Assembly (NCBI GenBank): GCA_043767805.1
Contig: JAYUGC010000017.1
Coordinates: 1-40,841 of the forward strand
Source: Pseudomonadota bacterium
Lineage (GTDB): Bacteria > Bdellovibrionota > FAC87 > UBA2466
Direction of reading: 5' to 3'
Length of the DNA stretch: 40,841 nucleotides
A program made the translations under genes and the position numbers. Positions 9,739-18,416 of the stretch are shown here, one piece after another; position 1 is the first letter of the stretch; every line of letters starts with the position of its first letter. The notes beneath the pieces were generated by a model that was not told the origin of the DNA, made no database searches, and saw nothing but the letters and a program-made list of their open reading frames with translations.

Positions 9739-11091
9739 CTAGAGATGTTTAGCCAGGAATCCGACAATTTGATCGATGGCTATGATTTCTTGTTGCATCG
9801 AATCGCGGTGTCTTACCGTGACTGTCTGCTTCGTAACGCTGTCGCCGTCGATAGTGATGCAAAAGGGCGTGCCCGCTTCGTCTTGACGCCGATACCGGCG
9901 GCCGACCGCGCCTTTTTCATCGAGATACACGTTCCAACGCGTTTTGAGATCCGCGTACAGCTTGTCCGCGACTTCCGGCATGCCGTCCTTATTCACCAAC
10001 GGGAAGATGCCCGCCTTGATGGGCGCGATCTTCGGATGGAACCGGAGCACGGTACGCTCGGCCTCTTCGACGTAAGCATCGACGAGAAACGCGAGCGTCC
10101 CGCGATCGGCGCCCGCCGACGGCTCGATGACGAAAGGCGTGAAGCGCTCTTGCGTCTCGGGGTCGAAATAGCTCAAGTCTTTTTTGCTGAACTGCGAGTG
10201 CTGCTTCAAATCGTAATCGGTGCGGTTCGCGATGCCCTCTAACTCCGCGCGGCCGAACGGGAAATCGTACTCGATGTCGGCGCAGCCGGCAGCGTAATGA
10301 GCAAGCTCGGTTTTTTCGTGCTCGCGCAAATGAAGCCGCTCTTTGGAAATGCCGTACTTTACGTACCAGTCGTAGCGCTCCTGCTTCCAGTAATCGAACC
10401 ACTTGGTCGCTTCCGCGGGCTTGACGAAAAATTCCATCTCCATCTGCTCGAACTCGCGAGAGCGGAAAGTAAAATTACGCGGATTGATTTCGTTACGGAA
10501 CGCTTTGCCGATCTGCGCGATGCCGAAGGGCACCTTCACGCGCGAGGTATCGAGCACGTTCTTGAAGTTGGCGAAAATTCCCTGGCACGTCTCGGGACGC
10601 AGCCACGCTTGGGAGGTGCTGTCCTCCATGGCGCCGACATACGTCTTGAACATGAGGTTGAAGGTGCGGGGCGCGGTGAGTTTGCACTTGTCCGATTGGC
10701 CGGGCGCTTTGCTGGGTTTATTCGGGCACTGCGCCCCTTCCAATTGATCCGCGCGAAAGCGGCCTTTGCACTCCATGCAATCGACCATCGGATCCGTGAA
10801 CGAGTTCACATGACCGGAGGCCTCCCAAACTTTGGGGTGCATGATGATGGCGCAATCGAGCCCGACGACGTCGTTACGGGAAGTGACGTTGTCTCGCCAC
10901 CAGAGATCCTTGATGTTCCTCTTGAGCTCGACGCCCAAGGGACCGTAATCCCAGCAGCCGTTTTGGCCGCCGTAGATTTCGCTCGATTGAAAAATCAGGC
11001 CGCGGCGGCGGCAAAGGGAGACGACGGCCGCCATCTTGTCTGTGGTTTTTCCGCCGGTTTTTTCCGCGCCGCTGCTATCGGGGTTCGCCAT
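9739..11091 (-). CDS. glyQS: glycine--tRNA ligase, homodimeric (alpha2) type
   Basis: Motifs SEIYGG, DYGPLG, LRPETCQG, AQIGKAFRNEI, REFEQMEMEFF, ELEGIANRTDYDL and VIEPSAG. Anticodon domain GRRYRRQDEAGTPFC. SD AAGGAG. Confidence 0.95.
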   Translation of the reverse strand: MANPDSSGAEKTGGKTTDKMAAVVSLCRRRGLIFQSSEIYGGQNGCWDYGPLGVELKRNIKDLWWRDNVTSRNDVVGLDCAIIMHPKVWEASGHVNSFTDPMVDCMECKGRFRADQLEGAQCPNKPSKAPGQSDKCKLTAPRTFNLMFKTYVGAMEDSTSQAWLRPETCQGIFANFKNVLDTSRVKVPFGIAQIGKAFRNEINPRNFTFRSREFEQMEMEFFVKPAEATKWFDYWKQERYDWYVKYGISKERLHLREHEKTELAHYAAGCADIEYDFPFGRAELEGIANRTDYDLKQHSQFSKKDLSYFDPETQERFTPFVIEPSAGADRGTLAFLVDAYVEEAERTVLRFHPKIAPIKAGIFPLVNKDGMPEVADKLYADLKTRWNVYLDEKGAVGRRYRRQDEAGTPFCITIDGDSVTKQTVTVRHRDSMQQEIIAIDQIVGFLAKHL

Positions 11092-11111
11092 GGTCTCTCC
11101 TTGAAGGGGCC

Positions 11112-11140
11112 ACTTTAGCTACCCGTTATCCGTTCGTAAA
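11112..11140 (-). promoter_or_regulatory. sigma70-like promoter upstream of glyQS
   Basis: Minus strand TTTACG-N17-TAAAGT, 20 nt upstream of the start codon. Confidence 0.4.
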
Positions 11141-11166
11141 CCCTTCCGTTCCTTGAGAAATCGTCC

Positions 11167-11598
11167 CTAGAAGGGGGGAAGCGACAAAAGCAGCGGCCCG
11201 AAGAGCAGAAGAAAGGCCGCCGGCAGGTAAACGAGCAGAAGCACCACACTCAATCGGCTGGGTAAAGCGCGGCAAAAGGCCTCTAAATCCCGCTCCCGAT
11301 CCTTACGGATCGCCGTGGCAAAGGCGGAAAGGAGCGGCGTCAGGGGGGCCCCCGCCCCTTCCAGATCCTCTAAAAGGGCGAACCAAAGCCGGTGCTCGGG
11401 GACGGGCCAGCTCCGGGAAAGCCCCCTCCAAAGAAAGGGATCTTCCGTTCCGGTTAAAGTAGCTTTCGCCCCGCCCGCGAGTCCCATGGCCTCCCTCCAG
11501 GCGTACGCCAGATCGTGGCCGGCCTGAACCTGAAGGCAAAGGGCTTCCAGAAAGAAGGCGAGATGCCCCGTCAAAACCCGCCGGTCCCGTGCTTTCAT
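11167..11598 (-). CDS. TadC-like (T2SS F family) protein, short form
   Basis: The likely start is MKARDRR, with an ATGA overlap on the upstream gene. LAFFLEALCLQVQAGHDL resembles the T2SSF helix motif. C-terminal TM segment VVLLLVYLPAAFLLLFGP. Confidence 0.6.
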   Translation of the reverse strand: MKARDRRVLTGHLAFFLEALCLQVQAGHDLAYAWREAMGLAGGAKATLTGTEDPFLWRGLSRSWPVPEHRLWFALLEDLEGAGAPLTPLLSAFATAIRKDRERDLEAFCRALPSRLSVVLLLVYLPAAFLLLFGPLLLSLPPF

Positions 11599-12383
11599 TC
11601 GAACCTCGCCGTCTTCGCGACCACCCAGAAGCCGCCGATTTGGAGAAAGAGCCCAAATCCAGCCACCGCCCAAATGGCGGAGCTCCAGGCAAGCGGCGAC
11701 CCGACCGCCAAAACCGCGACTGCCCAAGGAAGCACGGCCGAGAGTCCCGCTTGGGCAAAGGCCGCCGCCCTCGCCTTGTCTAATTTGTCCCGTTCCCGGC
11801 CCTCGGCCTCCAACCAGGGAAGGACCCGATCCAGAAACGGAGCGAGCCCGATTCCCCGCCCGTGCGCCTGCTCCAGGAGATCGAGACAGAGGCCCGCCTG
11901 GGAAAGCCTGGACCGGTGTTGAAACCGATCCAGGCAACTCGAAAGGGTTTTTCCCTTTTCAAAGCCAGCGAGGGCCCCTCTAAGGAGAGTGGCAAAGGGA
12001 GAATCGAGACTTTCCGAAAGCCGAAAGAGCGCGGTCGGCAAAGAAAACCCGGCCCGCAGCAAGCCTTGAAGCCCGTGAAAGAAAAGCAGCGCGGAAGCTT
12101 CGAGCGCGCGCTGTTCGCGTTGCCTTGGGATGGCGACCACTAGCCACCTCATGGCGGGAAACACCGCGGTCAACACGAGCCCGAGTAGCGGATGTCCCGC
12201 GACGAGACCCACCCCCACCACGGAAAGCGCGGTGAGCGCCCACCAGAAAAACCAAAGCCGAGTGGGCTCTCCGGGCCGGTCCCGATCCCGGCCGCGCCGG
12301 ACTTGAAACCGGGCCCACAGGGCAAGCGCGCGGCCCAGTGCCCACGCACCAATCGCCGCGCCCAATGCGAAAAGAAAAGGCAT
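11595..12383 (-). CDS. TadB-like (T2SS F family) inner-membrane protein
   Basis: N-terminal TM helices, then LQGLLRAGFSLPTAL (T2SSF motif), G..L...LDR, and two C-terminal TM helices. Confidence 0.7.
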   Translation of the reverse strand: MPFLFALGAAIGAWALGRALALWARFQVRRGRDRDRPGEPTRLWFFWWALTALSVVGVGLVAGHPLLGLVLTAVFPAMRWLVVAIPRQREQRALEASALLFFHGLQGLLRAGFSLPTALFRLSESLDSPFATLLRGALAGFEKGKTLSSCLDRFQHRSRLSQAGLCLDLLEQAHGRGIGLAPFLDRVLPWLEAEGRERDKLDKARAAAFAQAGLSAVLPWAVAVLAVGSPLAWSSAIWAVAGFGLFLQIGGFWVVAKTARFE

Positions 12384-12399
12384 ACAGCCGTAGGCTTTT

Positions 12400-12415
12400 T
12401 GCAAACCCGGCACCA
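12400..12415 (-). promoter_or_regulatory. sigma54-type (-24/-12) promoter upstream of the tadB-like gene
   Basis: Minus strand TGGTGC-CGGGT-TTGCA, with exact GG-N10-GC spacing. Confidence 0.5.
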
Positions 12416-12485
12416 AGATTTATTATGAAGCGCCTCAATGCGTCAGCAGGTATAGTTTTCAGAAGAATTTTAGGAGACTACAGCG

Positions 12486-14297
12486 ATGACGGAATCAAAA
12501 AACGGAACTATCGACGGCAAGACGATTCCCCACGCTTACCAGCGCCGGGTGCAGCTGACTCCCGACCAGCCGGCCTACCAGATCAAGGTGGACGGCAAGT
12601 ACCAGCCGGTCCCCTGGAAAGAAGTGCACCGCCAGGTCCTCAATGTTTTCAGCTTCCTCAAGGAAAAGAATTTCCCGCACGGAAGCAAGATTTGCATCCT
12701 CAGTAATACCCGGCCCGAGTGGAACATCTGCGATCTCGCGGCGCAAAGCGCGGCGCTCACCGCGGTTCCCATCTATCCGTCGAGCACGGTCGAGGACACG
12801 GCTTTCATCGTCGATCATTGCGAGGCGAAACTCGTTTTCGCCGAAGACGAGGCCCAGTGCTTGAAGCTCAAAGAGGCCTTGGGGGCCAAAGCGGCTTCCG
12901 TGCCGGTCGTAATTTTCGGCCATGATATCCCGAAAATCCAAACGCTGAAGATCGAAGCGCTCGATCCGATCTTAGACCGCCCGAATGCGGAGAAGCACCA
13001 AGCCGCTTTCGATACCTCCGTCGAGACGGTGAAGCCGACCGATCTTTCCGCCATCGTCTACACCTCCGGCACCACGGGACGTCCCAAAGGCGTGATGCTC
13101 TCCCAAGCGAATTTCGTCGGCGAGCTCAGAGCCGTTTGCGAAGAGTTCAAGTTCCGCTCAGACGACATCATGCTCACTTTCCTCCCTTTCGCCCATATCT
13201 TCGGCCGGGTGGAAAGCTACGCTCCGATTTTCGCCGGCCTGCAGATGGCGTTTGCCGAGAACATCAATACCGTGGCGGCGAACCTCATGGAAGTGCATCC
13301 CACGATGCTCCTCAGCGTGCCCCGCATTTACGAAAAAGTATTCGCGCGCATTCAGTCCGGCGTCGAAGGTGGCCCTCCGGCGAAGAAAAAGCTTTTCAAT
13401 TGGGCGGTGGACATCGGCCGCCAAGTGGCCCGCGCCCGCGCGAACCGAGAGACGGCGAGCCCGCTCGTCATGCTGCAGTTCCTGCTCGCCGATAAGCTGG
13501 TGCTTTCCAAAGTGCGGCAGCGCATGGGCGGCAATATCCGTTTCACCGTCTCGGGTGGCGCGCCTCTTTCCGGCGAGCTTTGCGAGTTCTTCCACGCCTG
13601 CGGCATCAAGGTGCTTGAAGGCTACGGCCTCACTGAGACCTCCGCCGCCATCGCGGTGAACCGGCCCGACGATTACCAGTTCTTCACCGTCGGCAAACCC
13701 TTCGGTGGCACCGAGTTCCGTCTCGCCGATGACGGCGAGATTCTCGTGCGCGGCCCCGTGGTCTTTTCGGGTTATTACAATAACCCGGAAGCGACCAAAG
13801 AGGCGTTCAGCGAAGGCGGTTGGTTCCACACGGGCGACATCGGCGAGTTCACCCAGCGGGGCATGCTCAAAATCACCGACCGCAAGAAAGAGCTCATCGT
13901 CACTTCGGGCGGCAAGAACGTGGCGCCGCAGAAGCTCGAGAACATGCTGAAGAACATCCGGTTCGTCAGTAACGCCATGGTTTACGGGGATCGCGAGAAA
14001 TACCTGGTCGCGCTCGTGACGGCGAACGAAGAAGAGTGCAAGCGTTGGGCGAAAGCGAACGGCATCACGGATAGTTCCATCGACGCGATCATCACCAACC
14101 CGGCCATGGTGACGGCGGTGGAAGCGGAAGTGAAAACCATGAACTCGACGCTTGCGAACTACGAGACCATCAAAAAGATTAAGCTCCTCGCGAAGGATTT
14201 TACCGTCGAGACGGGCGAGCTGACGCCTTCCCTCAAGCTCAAGCGCCGTATCGTCACCACCAAGTATAACGACGCCATTCGCCAGCTGTACGCGTAG
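12486..14297 (+). CDS. long-chain fatty acid--CoA ligase (AMP-dependent synthetase, FadD15-like)
   Basis: Motifs YTSGTTGRPKG, LEGYGLTET, WFHTGDIG, DRKKELIVTSGGKNVAP and LTPSLKLKR. SD GGAG. Confidence 0.93.
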   Translation: MTESKNGTIDGKTIPHAYQRRVQLTPDQPAYQIKVDGKYQPVPWKEVHRQVLNVFSFLKEKNFPHGSKICILSNTRPEWNICDLAAQSAALTAVPIYPSSTVEDTAFIVDHCEAKLVFAEDEAQCLKLKEALGAKAASVPVVIFGHDIPKIQTLKIEALDPILDRPNAEKHQAAFDTSVETVKPTDLSAIVYTSGTTGRPKGVMLSQANFVGELRAVCEEFKFRSDDIMLTFLPFAHIFGRVESYAPIFAGLQMAFAENINTVAANLMEVHPTMLLSVPRIYEKVFARIQSGVEGGPPAKKKLFNWAVDIGRQVARARANRETASPLVMLQFLLADKLVLSKVRQRMGGNIRFTVSGGAPLSGELCEFFHACGIKVLEGYGLTETSAAIAVNRPDDYQFFTVGKPFGGTEFRLADDGEILVRGPVVFSGYYNNPEATKEAFSEGGWFHTGDIGEFTQRGMLKITDRKKELIVTSGGKNVAPQKLENMLKNIRFVSNAMVYGDREKYLVALVTANEEECKRWAKANGITDSSIDAIITNPAMVTAVEAEVKTMNSTLANYETIKKIKLLAKDFTVETGELTPSLKLKRRIVTTKYNDAIRQLYA

Positions 14298-15064
14298 TGT
14301 TTGGGTTTTTCAAACGGCGGCGGCGAGAAAAGATAGCGGCCCGGCCCTTCCCGGACACGTGGCTTCAGATCCTCAAGCGAAACGTCGCCTATTATTCCCG
14401 GCTCTCGAAGGACGAGCAGGCGCAGCTACGGCGCGCCATCCAGGTTTTTCTCGCCGAGAAGAACTTCGAGGGCTGCGGCGGACTGAAGATGACCGATCAG
14501 ATCCGCCTCACCATCGCCGCGCAGGCGTGCCTCCTGCTTTTGAACCGCGAGACGGATTATTATCCCGGGCTTCATTCCGTCGTGGTTTATCCCAGCGCCT
14601 TTCTCGCCCCCGTGCGCCATTCCCTAGACGGCTACGTCCACACCGAAGGCGAAGAAGTGCGGCTCGGAGAGTCTTGGGGGATGGGCACCGTCGTGCTTTC
14701 CTGGGAAGACGTTCTCTATGGAGCGTCCGAAATCGACGACGGGGAAAACTTGGTCCTCCACGAGTTTGCCCACCAATTAGATAACGAGGACGGGGAAGCA
14801 AACGGCGTGCCTCGCCTTCCGAGCGAAGGCTACCGCGCGTGGGCGAAAGTCTTGGGCCGCGAGTACCACCAGCTGATTGAGGACGTGGAACGCCACCGCC
14901 CCACGGTCATGGACGAGTACGGCGCCGAAGACCCGGCGGAATTTTTCGCCGTCCTCACCGAGACTTTTTTCGAAAGTCCGCGCCAGTTGAAAGAGCACCA
15001 CCCTGAGCTTTATGATCTCCTGAAGGGCTTTTATCGACAGGATCCGAGCGGGAGATTCAAATGA
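14297..15064 (+). CDS. MtfA-family zinc-dependent peptidase (M90)
   Basis: Motifs IAAQACLLLL, VVVYPSAF, GESW, VVLSW, NLVLHEFAHQLD and YGAEDPAEFFAVLTETFFE. The GTG start overlaps the upstream stop. Confidence 0.9.
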   Translation: MFGFFKRRRREKIAARPFPDTWLQILKRNVAYYSRLSKDEQAQLRRAIQVFLAEKNFEGCGGLKMTDQIRLTIAAQACLLLLNRETDYYPGLHSVVVYPSAFLAPVRHSLDGYVHTEGEEVRLGESWGMGTVVLSWEDVLYGASEIDDGENLVLHEFAHQLDNEDGEANGVPRLPSEGYRAWAKVLGREYHQLIEDVERHRPTVMDEYGAEDPAEFFAVLTETFFESPRQLKEHHPELYDLLKGFYRQDPSGRFK

Positions 15065-15810
15065 AGCGCATCTTGGTTTTCCAGCACGTGCCCTACGAGA
15101 TCTTGGGAACCTTTCATCCTCTCTTGAAGAACGCCGGCTTTCGCATCCGCTATGCGAACTTCGGCAGGCAACCCGAGCCTCAAGTGGACATGTCAAAGTA
15201 CGACGGCCTCGTCGTCCTCGGCGGTCCCATGGGAGTGTGCGACGCTGACAAGCACCCTCACCTCACCCAAGAGATCAGAGCCATCCGGGACGCCATCCAG
15301 CACGATAAGCCCGTCCTCGGCATCTGCTTGGGCTCACAGCTCATCGCGGCGGCGCTCGGAGCCAAAGTTTATAAGAACGAAAAAAAAGAAATCGGCTGGT
15401 ACGACGTCTCCCTCACCGACGAGGGCAAGAAAGATCCGGTCTTAAGTGGCATCGGTGGCACCAAAAAGATTTTCCAGTGGCACGGCGACACCTTCGACAT
15501 CCCGTATGGCGGCACGTGGCTCGCCAAATCGGAAGCGTGCGCGAATCAAGCCTTTCGCTATGGCGACAAGGTCTACGGCCTTCAGTTCCACCTCGAAGTG
15601 GACGAGCCAATGGTCTCGCGCTGGCTTCAAATTCCGGAGAACATCGCTGAGATGAAAGCCATGGGCGGTGATACCATCGCCGACGGCATCCGCAAGCAGA
15701 CGCCCGCGCTCATCGACCCGTTAAAGCAAATGAGCGACAAAGTTTTCGGCCGCTACATCGAGCTTTTCAGCACTAAACGCAGAACGATTGTCCTAGGCTC
15801 AAAAACCTAG
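15061..15810 (+). CDS. class I glutamine amidotransferase (GMP-synthase-like, stand-alone)
   Basis: Motifs LGGPM, LGICLGSQL (catalytic Cys), QWHGDTF and GLQFHLE (His-Glu). ATGA overlap with the upstream gene. Confidence 0.9.
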   Translation: MKRILVFQHVPYEILGTFHPLLKNAGFRIRYANFGRQPEPQVDMSKYDGLVVLGGPMGVCDADKHPHLTQEIRAIRDAIQHDKPVLGICLGSQLIAAALGAKVYKNEKKEIGWYDVSLTDEGKKDPVLSGIGGTKKIFQWHGDTFDIPYGGTWLAKSEACANQAFRYGDKVYGLQFHLEVDEPMVSRWLQIPENIAEMKAMGGDTIADGIRKQTPALIDPLKQMSDKVFGRYIELFSTKRRTIVLGSKT

Positions 15811-17192
15811 CGGAACATGTTCACGATTTTCTTGAAATGGTTTCCCCGTTCTTCGTAGCTGGGGAACATGTCGTGGCTCGCGCAGCCCGGCGACAAGAGC
15901 ACCACGTCTCCCGAGCGGGACTTCTGGTAAGCCACGTAAATGGCTTCTTCGAAAGTACCGACGAGGAATGTCTCGGTGAAATCACCGACGGCGCGGTTGA
16001 TCTTCTCTTTGGCCTCACCGATCAAGATGAGGTTCTTCACACGGCGGCGAATGACGGGGCCGAGAGTACCGTAGTCCTCGCCCTTGTCCTTGCCACCGGC
16101 GATGAGAATGACCGGCTCCTGGAAGCTTTCCAGCGACCGCATGAGGGAAAAAACGTTCGTTCCCTTCGAATCGTTGTAGAAGTCCACGCGGTTCTTCCTG
16201 CCAACGTACTCCATGCGATGCGGAAGCGGCTCGAAATTGAGGAGCACTTTCTGAATCGCCTCGTTCGAGACACCGACGAGCTTCGCCGCTAGGACGGAGG
16301 CCATCATATTCTCTTTATTGTGGAGACCGCGGAGCTTCACGCCGTCGACGCTGTAGGTGTGATCCTTCCAGCGGCCGGTTTTGAGCTGAATCTCGGTGAC
16401 GGGATCGAGGAACACGCCTTGGAACTTCTCGACGTACGGGGTGGGAGTGTCTTTCAGCGAGTTCGAGGTGAAGTACAACACCTTGGGCTTCGCGCCGGAG
16501 AGCAGCTGCATGAGCTTCGCGTCGCGCAGGTTGACGATGACGTGATCGTTCTCGTCCATCAATTCCTTGAGACGCATCTTCGCGCCGACGTAGTCGTCGA
16601 AGGTCGGATAACGATCGAGATGGTCGGGGGCGACATTCAGGAAAAGCGCGATGGCGGGTTTCAGCGAGTACGTCGTGTCGAGCTGAAAGCTCGAGACTTC
16701 GGCGACGACGTAATCGGCGCGGTCCCGGCGGAGCGGATAATCGCTGAGCGGGGTGGCTTGGTTGCCGCCCATGTAAACCGTCTTGCCACCCGCCTCTAAC
16801 ATCTGCGCGATCATATTCACGACCGTGGTCTTACCGTTCGTGCCGGTGACCGCGATGATGGGGGTGGTGATGAACTGTGAGGCGACTTCAATTTCGCTCA
16901 AGATCGGAAGCTTGAGCTTCCGGGCTTGCTGAAGGGGCTTAATCTCGAGGTTCACGCCGGGACTGACGACGATGAAATCCTGATCGCAGAAGGTCTTGAG
17001 GACGTGCTTTCCGAGCTCCGCCTTGTACTTGAACCCTTCAAGGGCTTCGAGAGATTCCCGGAGGTCACTCTTATTCAGTTCGTCCGTTACCGTTACCTTG
17101 ATGCCCTTCTTACAGAGCAGTTTGGTTACGGAGACGCCGCCTTTGCCGAGACCGACAACTAGCGCCTTCATTCCTTTTTTAATCTTGATCAT
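15807..17192 (-). CDS. murD: UDP-N-acetylmuramoyl-L-alanine--D-glutamate ligase
   Basis: Motifs VVSPGV, VTGTNGKTT, EVSSFQL, PDHLDRY, NDSKGTN and LLSPGCASHD. Confidence 0.96.
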   Translation of the reverse strand: MIKIKKGMKALVVGLGKGGVSVTKLLCKKGIKVTVTDELNKSDLRESLEALEGFKYKAELGKHVLKTFCDQDFIVVSPGVNLEIKPLQQARKLKLPILSEIEVASQFITTPIIAVTGTNGKTTVVNMIAQMLEAGGKTVYMGGNQATPLSDYPLRRDRADYVVAEVSSFQLDTTYSLKPAIALFLNVAPDHLDRYPTFDDYVGAKMRLKELMDENDHVIVNLRDAKLMQLLSGAKPKVLYFTSNSLKDTPTPYVEKFQGVFLDPVTEIQLKTGRWKDHTYSVDGVKLRGLHNKENMMASVLAAKLVGVSNEAIQKVLLNFEPLPHRMEYVGRKNRVDFYNDSKGTNVFSLMRSLESFQEPVILIAGGKDKGEDYGTLGPVIRRRVKNLILIGEAKEKINRAVGDFTETFLVGTFEEAIYVAYQKSRSGDVVLLSPGCASHDMFPSYEERGNHFKKIVNMFR

Positions 17193-17204
17193 CGCATTTC
17201 CTCG

Positions 17205-18293
17205 CTATCTTAACTTCAAGGTTGCCAGCCCTAACATTGCCAGCACGACCGATATGATCCAAAAACGCACAGTAACTTGAGGCTCCGCCCACCCGGACAA
17301 TTCGAAATGGTGGTGGATGGGAGCCATGCGGAACACCCTCTTCTTTGTCATCTTGTAAGAGATACGCTGGGTGATGACCGATACGGCTTCCATCACGAAG
17401 ATCCCGCCTACAATGACGAGCAGAAGCTCGTTCTTTGTGACGAGAGCCACGGTGCCGATGGCCGCGCCGAGCGCCAAAGCCCCGACGTCACCCATGAAAA
17501 CTTGTGCCGGATAAGTATTGAACCAAAGAAAGCCCATCCCCGCGCACACGATGGAAGTGCAAAGGATGGCAAGCTCGCCGACTTCCTTCACGTACGGGAT
17601 GAAAAGATACTGGGACAACGCCACATGACCGGCAAGGTACGCCAAGATGGCGAACGTCATCGAGTTGGTGATGATGGGGCCGATGGCCAAGCCATCCAAA
17701 CCGTCGGTGAGGTTCACCGCATTGGACGTGCCGACGATGACGAACCAGGCGAAAATCGAGTACCCGACCCAGCCGATGTCGTAGCTGAGCGAGCGAATGA
17801 ACGGCACGTGCAACGTCGTGTCGAGACCGAACTTGAAAAAGACGAGATAGACGGCGACGAACGCGCTGACCGTTTGCAGGAAAAGTTTGCCGCGCTCCGA
17901 GAGTCCTTTGGAGTTCGCTTCCTTGATCTTCTTGTAGTCGTCGAGCCAGCCGATGAAGCCAAAGGCGATCATCACGCCAAGGACGAGCCAGATGTAAGGA
18001 TTGCTGAGGTCCGCCCAGAGTAACGTCGAGCAGGTGACCGTAAAGAGAATGAGAATGCCACCCATGGTGGGCGTGCCGCTCTTCTTGAGATGGGACTGGG
18101 GGCCGTCGTCCCGGACCTGCTGACCGTATTGTTTACGGCTCAGCATGCGAATGAAAACGGGACCGAGCGCTAAACTCAAAACGAGGGCCGTTAAACCCGC
18201 GCAAAGGGCTCGGAACGTGATGTACCGAAATACCCGAAATGCATTGAATCCCGCCAGCTTGTCATGCAGCGAGAAAAGCAGTTGATATAGCAA
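17205..18293 (-). CDS. mraY: phospho-N-acetylmuramoyl-pentapeptide transferase
   Basis: Motifs KSGTPTMGG, DDYKK, NAVNLTDGLDGLA, FMGDVG and MAPIHHHFE. TTG start after SD GAGAGG. Confidence 0.97.
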   Translation of the reverse strand: MLYQLLFSLHDKLAGFNAFRVFRYITFRALCAGLTALVLSLALGPVFIRMLSRKQYGQQVRDDGPQSHLKKSGTPTMGGILILFTVTCSTLLWADLSNPYIWLVLGVMIAFGFIGWLDDYKKIKEANSKGLSERGKLFLQTVSAFVAVYLVFFKFGLDTTLHVPFIRSLSYDIGWVGYSIFAWFVIVGTSNAVNLTDGLDGLAIGPIITNSMTFAILAYLAGHVALSQYLFIPYVKEVGELAILCTSIVCAGMGFLWFNTYPAQVFMGDVGALALGAAIGTVALVTKNELLLVIVGGIFVMEAVSVITQRISYKMTKKRVFRMAPIHHHFELSGWAEPQVTVRFWIISVVLAMLGLATLKLR

Positions 18294-18322
18294 TGTCCTC
18301 TCCCGGCCGTGGGTTTAATCAA

Positions 18323-18338
18323 GTTCTCACCTGAGAAC
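18323..18338. promoter_or_regulatory. 7-2-7 palindrome upstream of mraY (candidate operator)
   Basis: GTTCTCA-CC-TGAGAAC in the AT-rich 123-bp gap between murF and mraY. Confidence 0.35.
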
Positions 18339-18416
18339 AAGCATAAACTTTCAACCTATTAGTATGATTAAGAAATACCACAGCTTTGGACTTCCCGTAA
18401 GTCCCGCCAGCCTGAG

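Noticed and set aside
3316..11118. Long plus-strand ORFs (3316-4431, 4852-5541, 7542-8237, 10297-11118 and others)
   Set aside because: They are antisense shadows of smc, ppdK and glyQS caused by GC-rich codon bias, and have no recognisable motifs.
11599..11937. N-terminal 112 aa of the 256-aa ORF 11167..11937
   Set aside because: This stretch overlaps the tadB-like gene in another frame. The ATGA-coupled start at 11598 is more plausible, so no frameshifted fusion is needed.
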